64,000 nucleotides of DNA, taken from assembly GCA_965116885.1 (NCBI GenBank), contig OZ220741.1, positions 5,184,001 to 5,248,000 of the forward strand, given 5' to 3'. This document shows, one piece after another, positions 28,601 through 36,346 of the stretch. How positions within the stretch are numbered: position 1 is the first letter of the stretch; every line of letters begins with the position of its first letter. The position numbers were made by a program, and so were the translations under genes. The notes beneath the pieces are model-generated. The model saw only the letters and a list, made by a program, of their open reading frames with translations, searched no databases and was not told where the DNA came from. Source of the stretch: Candidatus Latescibacterota bacterium. GTDB lineage: Bacteria; Latescibacterota; UBA2968.

Positions 28601-28843
28601 GAGGATCTGGGCCTGTATGGTTCTCGAATCGAAGATATGGGTCAGCGCACCTTATCCGCTTCTCAAGACCGCCCAATCGTGCCCTTGAATGAATTTGAAC
28701 GCCGCTACATCCTCGACGTGCTCAAAGCCACCAAATATCAGATAAAGGGTCCTGAAGGCGCGGCGACATTGCTGGGAGTACCGCCTTCTACCCTGTACGG
28801 CAAAATGAAAAGACTGGGTATCAAAAATCAAAAACCAAAGTAG
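25640..28843 (+). CDS. Sigma54-dependent activator: two-component-type beta-propeller repeats + Y_Y_Y + AAA+ + Fis HTH
   Basis: DGL/D..G.LW repeats; YRLKGYD...LPPGDYTFQVRA; GETGVGKG, ELFGHERGAFTSA, LFLDEVG, WPGNVRELE, AATLLGVPPSTLY. Confidence 0.93.
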   Translation: MTKPLDRTGIWRTYTMADGLAGMRVEHIVEDSEGYLWFATWGNGVSRFDGDEFQNFTRRDGLINDHTYFLLQDSQKRLWFSTENGVCWYSGTVFHHLEDEGIAGRAVHSIYEDSEGRVWLGGTRTLGYYDGTVYHDLIPRYLQDYEQPPSPQWSNLCWGITQDMEGRLWFGFDYPIRYDGQSFHRYDEKEGFPQDGNVYSVGRDPAGKVWIGRLGHREGLWCYADGTFLYVQVDLGGGLRRIQCDGTGRMWFSTSEGVLYQDGEEFNRFTPADGLPHPAVKSVFQDRDHQYWFATWGGVVLYDTQTSVFDLSKELSSNVSEVSQLVQDRRGDIWVGCVVYLLNPLIKSVFRFDGEHFAFAGTEYDFDINNCFAIYEDFEGYLWFGGRNGLFRYDGQKVEKIETIAGLDGKSVSAIAQDSQGGFLFGHWENSTGKKREDIFASALKLIYQRGEEFQTIFVENEKKDPFSSIGTVIAGRNNEIYFHLTCHNFSVGGRGLARWHPEDGIKFYGIEDGLIDHQITDLLLDRNGNLWVATPCGLSCFDGNDFHNFTTADGLPSDCIRCLLEDRQGHLWIGTDGGVIHYDGQYFQTINSPHIGSVSQILEDRDGAFWLGTTLGSIIRYRQRQTLPQIRLLSVIADQVYENLQEGIVSKTDQNVIFEYKGMSFSTHPRDMLYIYRLKGYDSDWQPATRKMRAHYRDLPPGDYTFQVRAIDRDLNYSEMTQVQLSVEPDPRIKALTDVINRRESQKFIGHSAALRQFQVNLEKIAPTDITVLILGETGVGKGLAARTLHALSANGDGPFIEVSCGALPTALIDSELFGHERGAFTSAVSHRLGRVELAEDGTLFLDEVGDMAVETQVKLLRLLEEGTFERIGSNETRMAKTRIVAATNRDLKEMVSTGDFREDLYYRLNAFLMYLPPLRERKEDIPELAEYFKDRLSSHIGKQIDSLTPEIIEVLQSYDWPGNVRELEHTIQRAVILCPHSQIGVEDLGLYGSRIEDMGQRTLSASQDRPIVPLNEFERRYILDVLKATKYQIKGPEGAATLLGVPPSTLYGKMKRLGIKNQKPK

Positions 28844-28844
28844 A

Positions 28845-29801
28845 TTATACATTATCGCGAATCTTTTCCCAAATAGTAGCCGCAGCGTGGACATCTTGAA
28901 TCGCCAGACCGCTCGAATACGCAATACATCCCTGTCCTCGCAAATGTTCCAAATGTCCCAGTGCCGCATGTCCGATATTCAGTATCTCATCCTCCTCACC
29001 CTTTACCCAGCGAGGCGTCTCATCTCTCTGGCACAACGCGAGAAACTCGCCCGACTTCAGCACCTGCTCACCGTGATCGGGCACCACAAATCGCCGCGTC
29101 AACAATCCCGAATCCAATTGTGTGGAACGCCCATCGCCCCCAATCACAGAAATATGCACATGGCTTTCCACATCGAAGAGAATCGGCTCAGGCGTTGGCA
29201 CAGAAGTAAAAACCGCATCTGCCCCATCAATACAGGTCTCAATATCCGCAACCACCTCCAGATCACAGGAAATATCTCCTCCAACCTCTGCTGCATAAGC
29301 CTCACGCTTCTCGGCCGTCCTGCTCGTTACACGTATAGTCTCTGGCGCCAGAGCCACATCAATACACCTCCCCAATGCCTGTGCAATGCGCCCCGTCCCC
29401 AGAATCGCCGCCGTGCGTACCGGCGACTTCGCCAAATACTTCGCGCCCAACGCACCCGCCGCGCCCGTACGCATATTGGTAATACGCTCGGCATCAAACG
29501 AAATGCGATCACCCCTCCGCACATCCTCCAATTCGATCACAGCGGTTCTCGAACCCAGCCGCCCCATCTTGACATCCGAACGCTCTTCGATAACCTTTTG
29601 TCCCATAAATTTCCCCTTCCACCAGCCCGGCATCACCAGACGAAAAAGATCCATCTCTCCCTCGCGCGAAACCTCTTCTTTGCGCAGCGGACTGACCATT
29701 TTTCCAAGACCATAAAGTTGAAACGCCTCATCGCAACTCTCGACAAAATCCCGCGTCGTCATCACCGAAGCGATTTGTTCATCTGAAATATACTGTCTCA
29801 T
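28845..29801 (-). CDS. Ornithine cyclodeaminase/mu-crystallin family protein
   Basis: ITNMRTGAAGALGAKYLA, ILGTGRIA, SSGLAIQDV. Confidence 0.85.
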   Translation of the reverse strand: MRQYISDEQIASVMTTRDFVESCDEAFQLYGLGKMVSPLRKEEVSREGEMDLFRLVMPGWWKGKFMGQKVIEERSDVKMGRLGSRTAVIELEDVRRGDRISFDAERITNMRTGAAGALGAKYLAKSPVRTAAILGTGRIAQALGRCIDVALAPETIRVTSRTAEKREAYAAEVGGDISCDLEVVADIETCIDGADAVFTSVPTPEPILFDVESHVHISVIGGDGRSTQLDSGLLTRRFVVPDHGEQVLKSGEFLALCQRDETPRWVKGEEDEILNIGHAALGHLEHLRGQGCIAYSSGLAIQDVHAAATIWEKIRDNV

Positions 29802-29837
29802 GTAATACCTCACTTAAGAATGGGCAAACCCCACCCA

Positions 29838-29867
29838 ACGGGCGGGCACAGGGGCACCGCCCCTACA
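29838..29867 (-). repeat. GTAG-type REP-like palindrome
   Basis: Minus strand TGTAGGGGCGGTGCCCCTGTGCCCGCCCGT; relative at 36301. Confidence 0.6.
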
Positions 29868-29893
29868 TTGTGTATATATACTGCTATTTGTTG

Positions 29894-30131
29894 ATAAACT
29901 GGCCTGAGAGGCGGCCAGTCATGCTCGATTTACTCGCCTTCATACCCCGTTCCGTCTATGAACTGGTCTGGAAAACGACCATTTGTACCCCTTTCCGTTG
30001 ACATTTGTTTTTGGGCGATCTATTTTAGGGCTACTGTAGGCTGCTATGAGATAGCTCAAATTGTTCGCTATCTTCTTAATTCTTAATTTTTAATGAACTG
30101 GTCTGGGCTGCGACCAGTTTTACACCGTTCC
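29894..30131. repeat. Dispersed palindromic element, copies D (29894), B (29958) and C (30093)
   Basis: AT(G/A)AACTGG(T/C)C-TG-N5-C-G(A/G)CCA core followed by a TACMCC-type tail. Confidence 0.7.
29998..30026 (+). promoter_or_regulatory. Sigma70-type promoter
   Basis: TTGACA-17 nt-TATTTT upstream of 30163. Confidence 0.55.
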
Positions 30132-30162
30132 TCAATTCCTAATTCTTCTTTGGGAGATTTTC

Positions 30163-30867
30163 ATGGCACAATCAACTCAGGCTGATCGCCCAATGTACAC
30201 CATTTACCGCGCAGGCACACCTATTGTAATTGACGGACGCCTGAATGAACCCGCCTGGGTCGCAGCACCAGACGTGGGAGCCTTTGTATTTCCGTGGTAC
30301 GAATCGGGCAAAAAAGAACAAACCGTAGCCAAAATGCTGTGGGACGACAATAATTTATACGTCTCGTACATCTGTGAAGATGCACATATTTGGGCAGAAC
30401 ACACCGCGCGCGATTCCGACGTGTGGAAAGACGATACCGTCGAAGTATTCACAGCACCCAACCCCAATCAGCCCCAGGCCTATTTTAACATTGAAATGAA
30501 CGTACTCGGCATCTTTCTCGACCAGTTTCATCCACAAGGTCCCGACGCGCCCGTACCCGGCGAGTGGAATGGCGAAGGCATTCAGATTAAAACGCAAATC
30601 GTCGGCACATTGAACGATGACAGCGACGAAGACGAATACTGGATATTGGAAGCCGCCATACCCTTTGCAAATTTTGCACACGTCGCCGTGCATACCCCTC
30701 CAAAAACCGGTGACATCTGGCACCTCAATCTAAATCGCCTGGGCGGAAAAACCAATGAGCAATTCAGCCAGTGGTCGGGCAGCCGCACGCCGGAGCCGCA
30801 ATTTCATTCACCAGATGATTTTGGGCGGGTAGTATTCTCAGATAAAACAAGCCCATTCTGGCGATAA
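30163..30867 (+). CDS. Carbohydrate-binding family 9-like (DOMON-like) protein
   Basis: IVIDGRLNEPAW, KMLWDDNNLYV, DTVEVF, WILEAAIPF, WHLNLNR. Confidence 0.8.
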   Translation: MAQSTQADRPMYTIYRAGTPIVIDGRLNEPAWVAAPDVGAFVFPWYESGKKEQTVAKMLWDDNNLYVSYICEDAHIWAEHTARDSDVWKDDTVEVFTAPNPNQPQAYFNIEMNVLGIFLDQFHPQGPDAPVPGEWNGEGIQIKTQIVGTLNDDSDEDEYWILEAAIPFANFAHVAVHTPPKTGDIWHLNLNRLGGKTNEQFSQWSGSRTPEPQFHSPDDFGRVVFSDKTSPFWR

Positions 30868-30885
30868 TCGCAAAAGGAGAAAAAC

Positions 30886-31962
30886 ATGTCACAGACATTG
30901 CCATTACTCGAAGTCAGTGGTTCGCCAACCGAGCGAGGTCGTGCGCATGGTGAGGCATTTAAGGAACTGATCCGGGACCTTGTCACCGTCAACTTTGAAG
31001 ATATGGTCCAGGGAACACAGGGCTATCTGACAAAAGAGCGCGTGTATGAAATTGTATCAACTTACGCGGAACCCAACCGCGACTATGCACCCCACCTCTT
31101 TGAAGAAATGGAAGGAATCGCCGAGGCAGCGGATGTACCCGTAGAAGACCTGCTCGCATTAAACGGCTTTTTGGAATTACACGATTATTATTCCGATGCA
31201 TTTATGGTATCGGGTTGCACATCGTTCATGGCTCCGGGAGACACATCGGGCGAAGGCGCATTAATCGCGCAAAATTACGACCTCTCGTCAATCTATGCAG
31301 CGGCGGCAATTTTGATCAAAGTCAAAAATGATCACGCACCCGACGCGCTCTTTTACACATCTGCCGGCATGCTGGGCTGTGCCGGAGTAAACGACGCGGG
31401 CATTGGCGTCGTCATCAACAACCTCGTCCCATCAGATGCATCGGGCGGCGTGCTTTATCCCTTCATCATTCGGCGCATCCTGGAATCCGTGCGAATCGGA
31501 GATGCCATAGATGCAGTTATAGCAAAACCGAGAGCATCGGGTATGAATTACGTGATATGCGATGAAAATGGCGAAATATACGACCTCGAAACCACGGCGA
31601 GAGAATACGAAGTCATCTGTCCCTTTGATGGACCCATGGCCCATTCAAATCACTATCTAACAGACCGGCTCAAACCCTTTGAACGGCGTCAATGGGATCA
31701 ACGCGGCCAGAGCATCTTACGCTGGGGACGAGCGACCAGATTGTTAAAATCCTGCGACAAACGCAATGCGGACGCCCTGAAAAATATGCTATCAGACCGC
31801 GTAAATACCCCCGTGGGAATATGCCGCCACAACGAAATTCACAATGGCGAAGCCTGCGGTCAAACCATTGCCGGCATCGTACTCGATCCCCCGGGGCGAA
31901 AAGCGTGGTACACCAGAGGACCGACCGGTGAAAACGAGTGGGTTGAGTATCGCCTAAACTAA
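30886..31962 (+). CDS. Peptidase C45 / Ntn-hydrolase acyltransferase family
   Basis: RGRAHG, G-CTS autoprocessing site, AQNYD, GVNDAG, HSNHY. Confidence 0.85.
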   Translation: MSQTLPLLEVSGSPTERGRAHGEAFKELIRDLVTVNFEDMVQGTQGYLTKERVYEIVSTYAEPNRDYAPHLFEEMEGIAEAADVPVEDLLALNGFLELHDYYSDAFMVSGCTSFMAPGDTSGEGALIAQNYDLSSIYAAAAILIKVKNDHAPDALFYTSAGMLGCAGVNDAGIGVVINNLVPSDASGGVLYPFIIRRILESVRIGDAIDAVIAKPRASGMNYVICDENGEIYDLETTAREYEVICPFDGPMAHSNHYLTDRLKPFERRQWDQRGQSILRWGRATRLLKSCDKRNADALKNMLSDRVNTPVGICRHNEIHNGEACGQTIAGIVLDPPGRKAWYTRGPTGENEWVEYRLN

Positions 31963-31981
31963 AAAAGCCGCATTCCTGTTG

Positions 31982-32022
31982 AGACCGTTGCGAGAAGTGA
32001 CCCTTCTGCAACGGTCTTTTTT
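31982..32022 (+). terminator. Intrinsic terminator
   Basis: AGACCGTTGC...GCAACGGTCT followed by T-run. Confidence 0.8.
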
Positions 32023-32023
32023 C

Positions 32024-32052
32024 TTGAATAATATACAAATGTGCAGTATATT
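32024..32052 (+). promoter_or_regulatory. Sigma70 promoter with imperfect palindrome in the spacer
   Basis: TTGAAT-17 nt-TATATT; TATAC-AAAT-GTGCA at 32032-32045. Confidence 0.6.
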
Positions 32053-32087
32053 CTTTCAAAATATTGAAACGAACAGAAGGCAAAAAT

Positions 32088-32861
32088 ATGCCATCATTGC
32101 ACATTGACGAGACCAGTGTAAGATCGGTGCTCATCCCTCAAAATCCACCCGGCGAACCCATAACGGAATACACACTCAACCCCTATTCCGGCTGTGGCAT
32201 GGGATGTGCCTATTGCTATGTAATGAAATTTCCATTCGCCTACGAATATCCCAAAGCATGGGGTGAGTGGGTACAGCCAAAGATGAACGCGCCTTTTTTA
32301 TTGGGCAAGGCGCGTGCCAAAATTTATGGGCGAAAAATTTTCATGGGATCCGCGACCGACCCCTATCAATACATTGAGCGGAAATATCGATTGAGCCGAC
32401 GCTGCTTAAAAGTGCTGGTGGACTGCAATTTAAAGGCTCTAACCGTGCATACGCGTAGTCATCTGATTTTGGACGACCTGGATTTGTTAAAGCAATTTGG
32501 CAGTCGATTGCGGATAGGATTTTCCGTGCCGACGAACGACGACCGAGTTCGCAAACGCACAGAGCCAAAAGCACCGAAAATCGGCGTGCGTCTCAAAGCG
32601 ATGAAACAATTGCGCGAAGCTGGCATTCGCGTCACCGCATCGCTCGCCCCCGTACTGTATTGTCAACCGCGCCAATTCGCCGAACAAATAGCCGAAGCAG
32701 CCGACGGGGTATATTTTGGCAAGATGGATTATACGGACAGGACTGGAATAGCGTCCATGCCAAGAGCGCGACGCTATTTTAACAGTCTGACATATCGAGA
32801 ATTGATTGCAGAACTCAAAGCGGAATTAATCAATGTGGGAATGTTGAAAAACGAAAAATGA
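32088..32861 (+). CDS. Radical SAM protein, spore-photoproduct-lyase-like (SplB/Rv2578c) family
   Basis: LNPYSGCGMGCAYCY, SATDPYQ, TRSHLILDDLD. Confidence 0.85.
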   Translation: MPSLHIDETSVRSVLIPQNPPGEPITEYTLNPYSGCGMGCAYCYVMKFPFAYEYPKAWGEWVQPKMNAPFLLGKARAKIYGRKIFMGSATDPYQYIERKYRLSRRCLKVLVDCNLKALTVHTRSHLILDDLDLLKQFGSRLRIGFSVPTNDDRVRKRTEPKAPKIGVRLKAMKQLREAGIRVTASLAPVLYCQPRQFAEQIAEAADGVYFGKMDYTDRTGIASMPRARRYFNSLTYRELIAELKAELINVGMLKNEK

Positions 32862-32868
32862 TTTACCC

Positions 32869-34278
32869 TCATCCTCCTCCACTCGCCGCCGTAATAAATC
32901 GCCTCTCCCTTTGACTTTTGAGCACCTGTCGTTCAATTTCCTCTGGATCACCCCAAATTTCCAATAGCCGCTCGCGCATAGCATCGCGTATTTCTCGGTG
33001 TTGTGCCGACTCTGACAGATCGTTAAACTCATTCGGATCTTCTGCAATATTGAACAACTCGAGCGGATCTCCCGGGCTCATATTGAGTTTGTAATCGCCC
33101 TTCTTAAGCATACCCACGGGACGGATAACACCGTGCGCGAGGTATTCGCAAAAGGCTTCATCCTTCCACGTCTCAGTCTCACCATTGATCAGTGGCAAAA
33201 GGCTATCGCCATCCAGAGGCGCAATATCCATCGAAGCGCCAGAGGCTTCGATTATGGTAGCCACGAGATCAACGAGTGAAACATTTTGCGCGACGCGCAA
33301 ACCACCCGGAATATGCCCGGGCCAAACAATCTGAAGAGGCACGCGGGAGGACGCTTCATACATATTTGATTTGCGCCACATACCGTGTTCACCATTCATT
33401 TCCCCGTGATCTGAGGTATGCACGATAATCGTATTTTCAAGCTGACCGGTTTCTTCGAGCGCATCGATGAGCCGGCCTATTTTTTCGTCCAAATACGTGA
33501 TAAGCCCGTAATAACCCGCGCGTCCTCTGCGCACGAGTTCCTCGGGAAAATCAGTCATACCAAACATCAGGCGCAGGCGTTTGTAAACCGGGTGCATATT
33601 TTCCAGATGGCCTTCGGGGACATCGGGCATATCGATTTGATCCCGCGGATACATGTCCCAAAACCGCCGCGGAACCACAAGCGGAAAATGGGGTGCAATA
33701 AACCCCACATTGATACACCATGGCTGTTCTTTGCGAGCGGGATCTTTGATATACGCGAGAGCAGCCTCTTCAACCTGATCATCAACCTGTATCTCAGTCG
33801 TTGTACCCGGCCCCGCTTGTGCAATACCATTCCATGGCTTTTTCGCCTCAACAACCCCCGCATCCCAATTGCCCTCGCCGCGCGGAACCCCATTCTTTGT
33901 CCACAATTCCGCATGCAAATCGCGCGCGAGTTGTGTGCGAAAACCGTGCAATTGATCGAGACCACAAAAGTGCTGTTTACCCGATATCACAACATCGTAA
34001 CCGACATTTCGCAAGCGATGCGCCCACGTAACCGTATCCGACGACATGGGAAAACCATTGTCATAAGTACCGATACGACTGATATAACGCCCCGTCATAA
34101 ACGACATGCGCGATGGACCGCAAATCGGCGAATTACAATAGGCATTATCAAACGTGACCCCCATATCGGCCAGGCGATCCATATTGGGCGATTGCACCAG
34201 TGAATGCCCGTGAATACTGCTGTATTGAGGGGCGTGCTCATCAGACATAATAATCAGAATATTGGGCTTATCAGACAT
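32869..34278 (-). CDS. Sulfatase (choline-sulfatase-like)
   Basis: NILIIMSDEH, CGPSRMSFMTG, GKQHF, TSDHGEM. Confidence 0.92.
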   Translation of the reverse strand: MSDKPNILIIMSDEHAPQYSSIHGHSLVQSPNMDRLADMGVTFDNAYCNSPICGPSRMSFMTGRYISRIGTYDNGFPMSSDTVTWAHRLRNVGYDVVISGKQHFCGLDQLHGFRTQLARDLHAELWTKNGVPRGEGNWDAGVVEAKKPWNGIAQAGPGTTTEIQVDDQVEEAALAYIKDPARKEQPWCINVGFIAPHFPLVVPRRFWDMYPRDQIDMPDVPEGHLENMHPVYKRLRLMFGMTDFPEELVRRGRAGYYGLITYLDEKIGRLIDALEETGQLENTIIVHTSDHGEMNGEHGMWRKSNMYEASSRVPLQIVWPGHIPGGLRVAQNVSLVDLVATIIEASGASMDIAPLDGDSLLPLINGETETWKDEAFCEYLAHGVIRPVGMLKKGDYKLNMSPGDPLELFNIAEDPNEFNDLSESAQHREIRDAMRERLLEIWGDPEEIERQVLKSQRERRFITAASGGG

Positions 34279-34293
34279 AAATGCTCCTGTTCT

Positions 34294-35331
34294 TCACGCC
34301 GAAATCACATCCACAGGTTCACCGGCATGATCGGCGAGTGCGGTATCAAAAATATTTTCAAGCGTACACTGCGGTTCGTATCCAATGAGTGTGCGCGCCT
34401 TGCTATTATCAGACCAATAGACCCACTGCATGGGAACCTCAACCGCAAAAAGGGGAACACCCGTTATCTCCGCGAGATACTCTGCAACCTCGGGAAAAGC
34501 GAGCGGCCGGTAAATCGGCGCATTGAACGCCTCGCCAACCGCAGCGGGATGGTCCAGCGCACAAATACACGCCCGCGCAGTATCGCGTGCATCAGAAGGC
34601 GACCACATCCACGGACGCCCCTCGCGACCGGTAACAGCACATGGTTGATCGGGACGCTCGGCGCGATCGAGCATATCCCGTGCAATAGCCGCGCCATCGG
34701 GATGATAAATACCACTTTCCGGATTATTCGCAGCATCGCGGATGCGCCCTGCCACAAACTGAACATTCCAACGCCCCAGCACTTCTTTGCCCGCAAACAT
34801 GCCAGAAGGGCGAATAATGGACAATTGGAGATCATGTCCATTCATATAGCCTTCGGCCATTGCTTCGTTGATATATTTCAGCGTGCCATAAAGCCCACGC
34901 GGGCGTTTGGGATGGATTTCATTCACCGGCTGATAACAGGGCGGAATATGCTGATTGCCCATCGGATAAACCGCATCGGTACTGACATGTACAAACCGGT
35001 GGAGTTTATCGGCAAATGGTACTGCCGCTTCAAAAAGATTGTACGTACCCGTAACATTAATCTCGTAAAACGTCTGATTATCCATACCGCGCGGTGGACC
35101 CAGAATATTTGCCGTATGGACAACCGCATCTACCCCATCTACAATACCGCGACACAACGCCGCATCTCTAAGGTCGCCTTCGATCTTTTCAATATCAAAT
35201 GGATCGAGTTTGAATTTCTTGGGATCGTCGGGAAGAATCAGCGCGCGAACATCATCTCCGCGCTCAACCAACTGCCTGACCACATTCGCGCCCAAACGCC
35301 CCGTAGCACCCGTAACGAGGATTTTACTCAT
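34294..35331 (-). CDS. NAD-dependent epimerase/dehydratase (extended SDR)
   Basis: VTGATGRLG, YGTLK (YxxxK). Confidence 0.9.
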   Translation of the reverse strand: MSKILVTGATGRLGANVVRQLVERGDDVRALILPDDPKKFKLDPFDIEKIEGDLRDAALCRGIVDGVDAVVHTANILGPPRGMDNQTFYEINVTGTYNLFEAAVPFADKLHRFVHVSTDAVYPMGNQHIPPCYQPVNEIHPKRPRGLYGTLKYINEAMAEGYMNGHDLQLSIIRPSGMFAGKEVLGRWNVQFVAGRIRDAANNPESGIYHPDGAAIARDMLDRAERPDQPCAVTGREGRPWMWSPSDARDTARACICALDHPAAVGEAFNAPIYRPLAFPEVAEYLAEITGVPLFAVEVPMQWVYWSDNSKARTLIGYEPQCTLENIFDTALADHAGEPVDVISA

Positions 35332-35362
35332 AGTTTACCTCTGATAAATTCTCTATCTGTGT

Positions 35363-36220
35363 TCACACTTCTACCTTCTCCCCCGACACCTGCGACTTCT
35401 CGAGCGCCTCGAGCACAGCAACAGGCGTGAGAATTGAGCCATCTGTCTCATCTGTCTCACCCGTACTGAACATGCGGCAAAAATCGAGAACACCCGTCAG
35501 ATACGTATTCTCATCGTATCCAATCACGCGATCAGCGCGTCCCTTTTCCCCAATCACAGAAACGTGGAAACCCACGCGACCCTCGCCGATGAGATTCATC
35601 GTTGAAATCGCGCCACTCGCAGAATAAAGCGTCGCCGTGTGATTTTGCTCCCCGCGATTGAGCTGTACATGCGTAATATCTTGATCGAGCAAGCGCACGA
35701 CCATATCGACCTGATGAATCCCATAAAAAAAGACACCGCCGTATTCAGAATCAATATCGCAAGGCCCTGTCGAAACAACTGAAATAATGCGCCCGAGTTC
35801 TCGAACATCCTCTTGCAACTGTGCGAAAGACGCCTGCTTGGGCAAAACTGAAAAAGAACACACAGGCACATCGAGCTCACGCGCTCGAGCCAGAAACTCT
35901 CTGCCTTCATCAAGACGATAGCAAAACGGCTTATCGACAAAAAGTGGAATTTTGGCCTCCAGCAACGGACGCACCGCGAGCAGGTGATATTTGGGGTGGC
36001 GATGATCCACAATAGCCGCATCGACCTGCCCAATCATATCTTCGGGCTCCTCCACAATATTGGGAATCAGCCCTCGATCCTGTGCATCTTTCGCATCGTC
36101 CGGCGTCTCTCCCCAAACATGGGTAACACTAAAACCGGACACCAGTCTATCAATATTAATCGTCTTTGCAATCGCCACCGTATGGCTATTCTCCGCCCCA
36201 ATAATACCAATATTAGGCAT
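35363..36220 (-). CDS. Gfo/Idh/MocA family oxidoreductase
   Basis: IGIIGAENSH, FVDKP, YGIH. Confidence 0.8.
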   Translation of the reverse strand: MPNIGIIGAENSHTVAIAKTINIDRLVSGFSVTHVWGETPDDAKDAQDRGLIPNIVEEPEDMIGQVDAAIVDHRHPKYHLLAVRPLLEAKIPLFVDKPFCYRLDEGREFLARARELDVPVCSFSVLPKQASFAQLQEDVRELGRIISVVSTGPCDIDSEYGGVFFYGIHQVDMVVRLLDQDITHVQLNRGEQNHTATLYSASGAISTMNLIGEGRVGFHVSVIGEKGRADRVIGYDENTYLTGVLDFCRMFSTGETDETDGSILTPVAVLEALEKSQVSGEKVEV

Positions 36221-36300
36221 CGTATTACTCCTTTTGGTTGTCAGTTATCAGCGATCAGCCCCACCCTGCCCCTTTTTTGTTCATCTGCGGATCAAACGGC

Positions 36301-36327
36301 GGGCGACCCGGTGGGATCGCCCCTACA
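36301..36327 (-). repeat. GTAG-type REP-like palindrome within ATCTGCG short repeats
   Basis: Minus strand TGTAGGGGCGATCCCACCGGGTCGCCC. Confidence 0.6.
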
Positions 36328-36346
36328 CATCTGCGTCATCTGCGGA

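Noticed and set aside
28887..29786. 299-aa plus-strand ORF
   Set aside because: Antisense shadow of the ornithine cyclodeaminase-family gene
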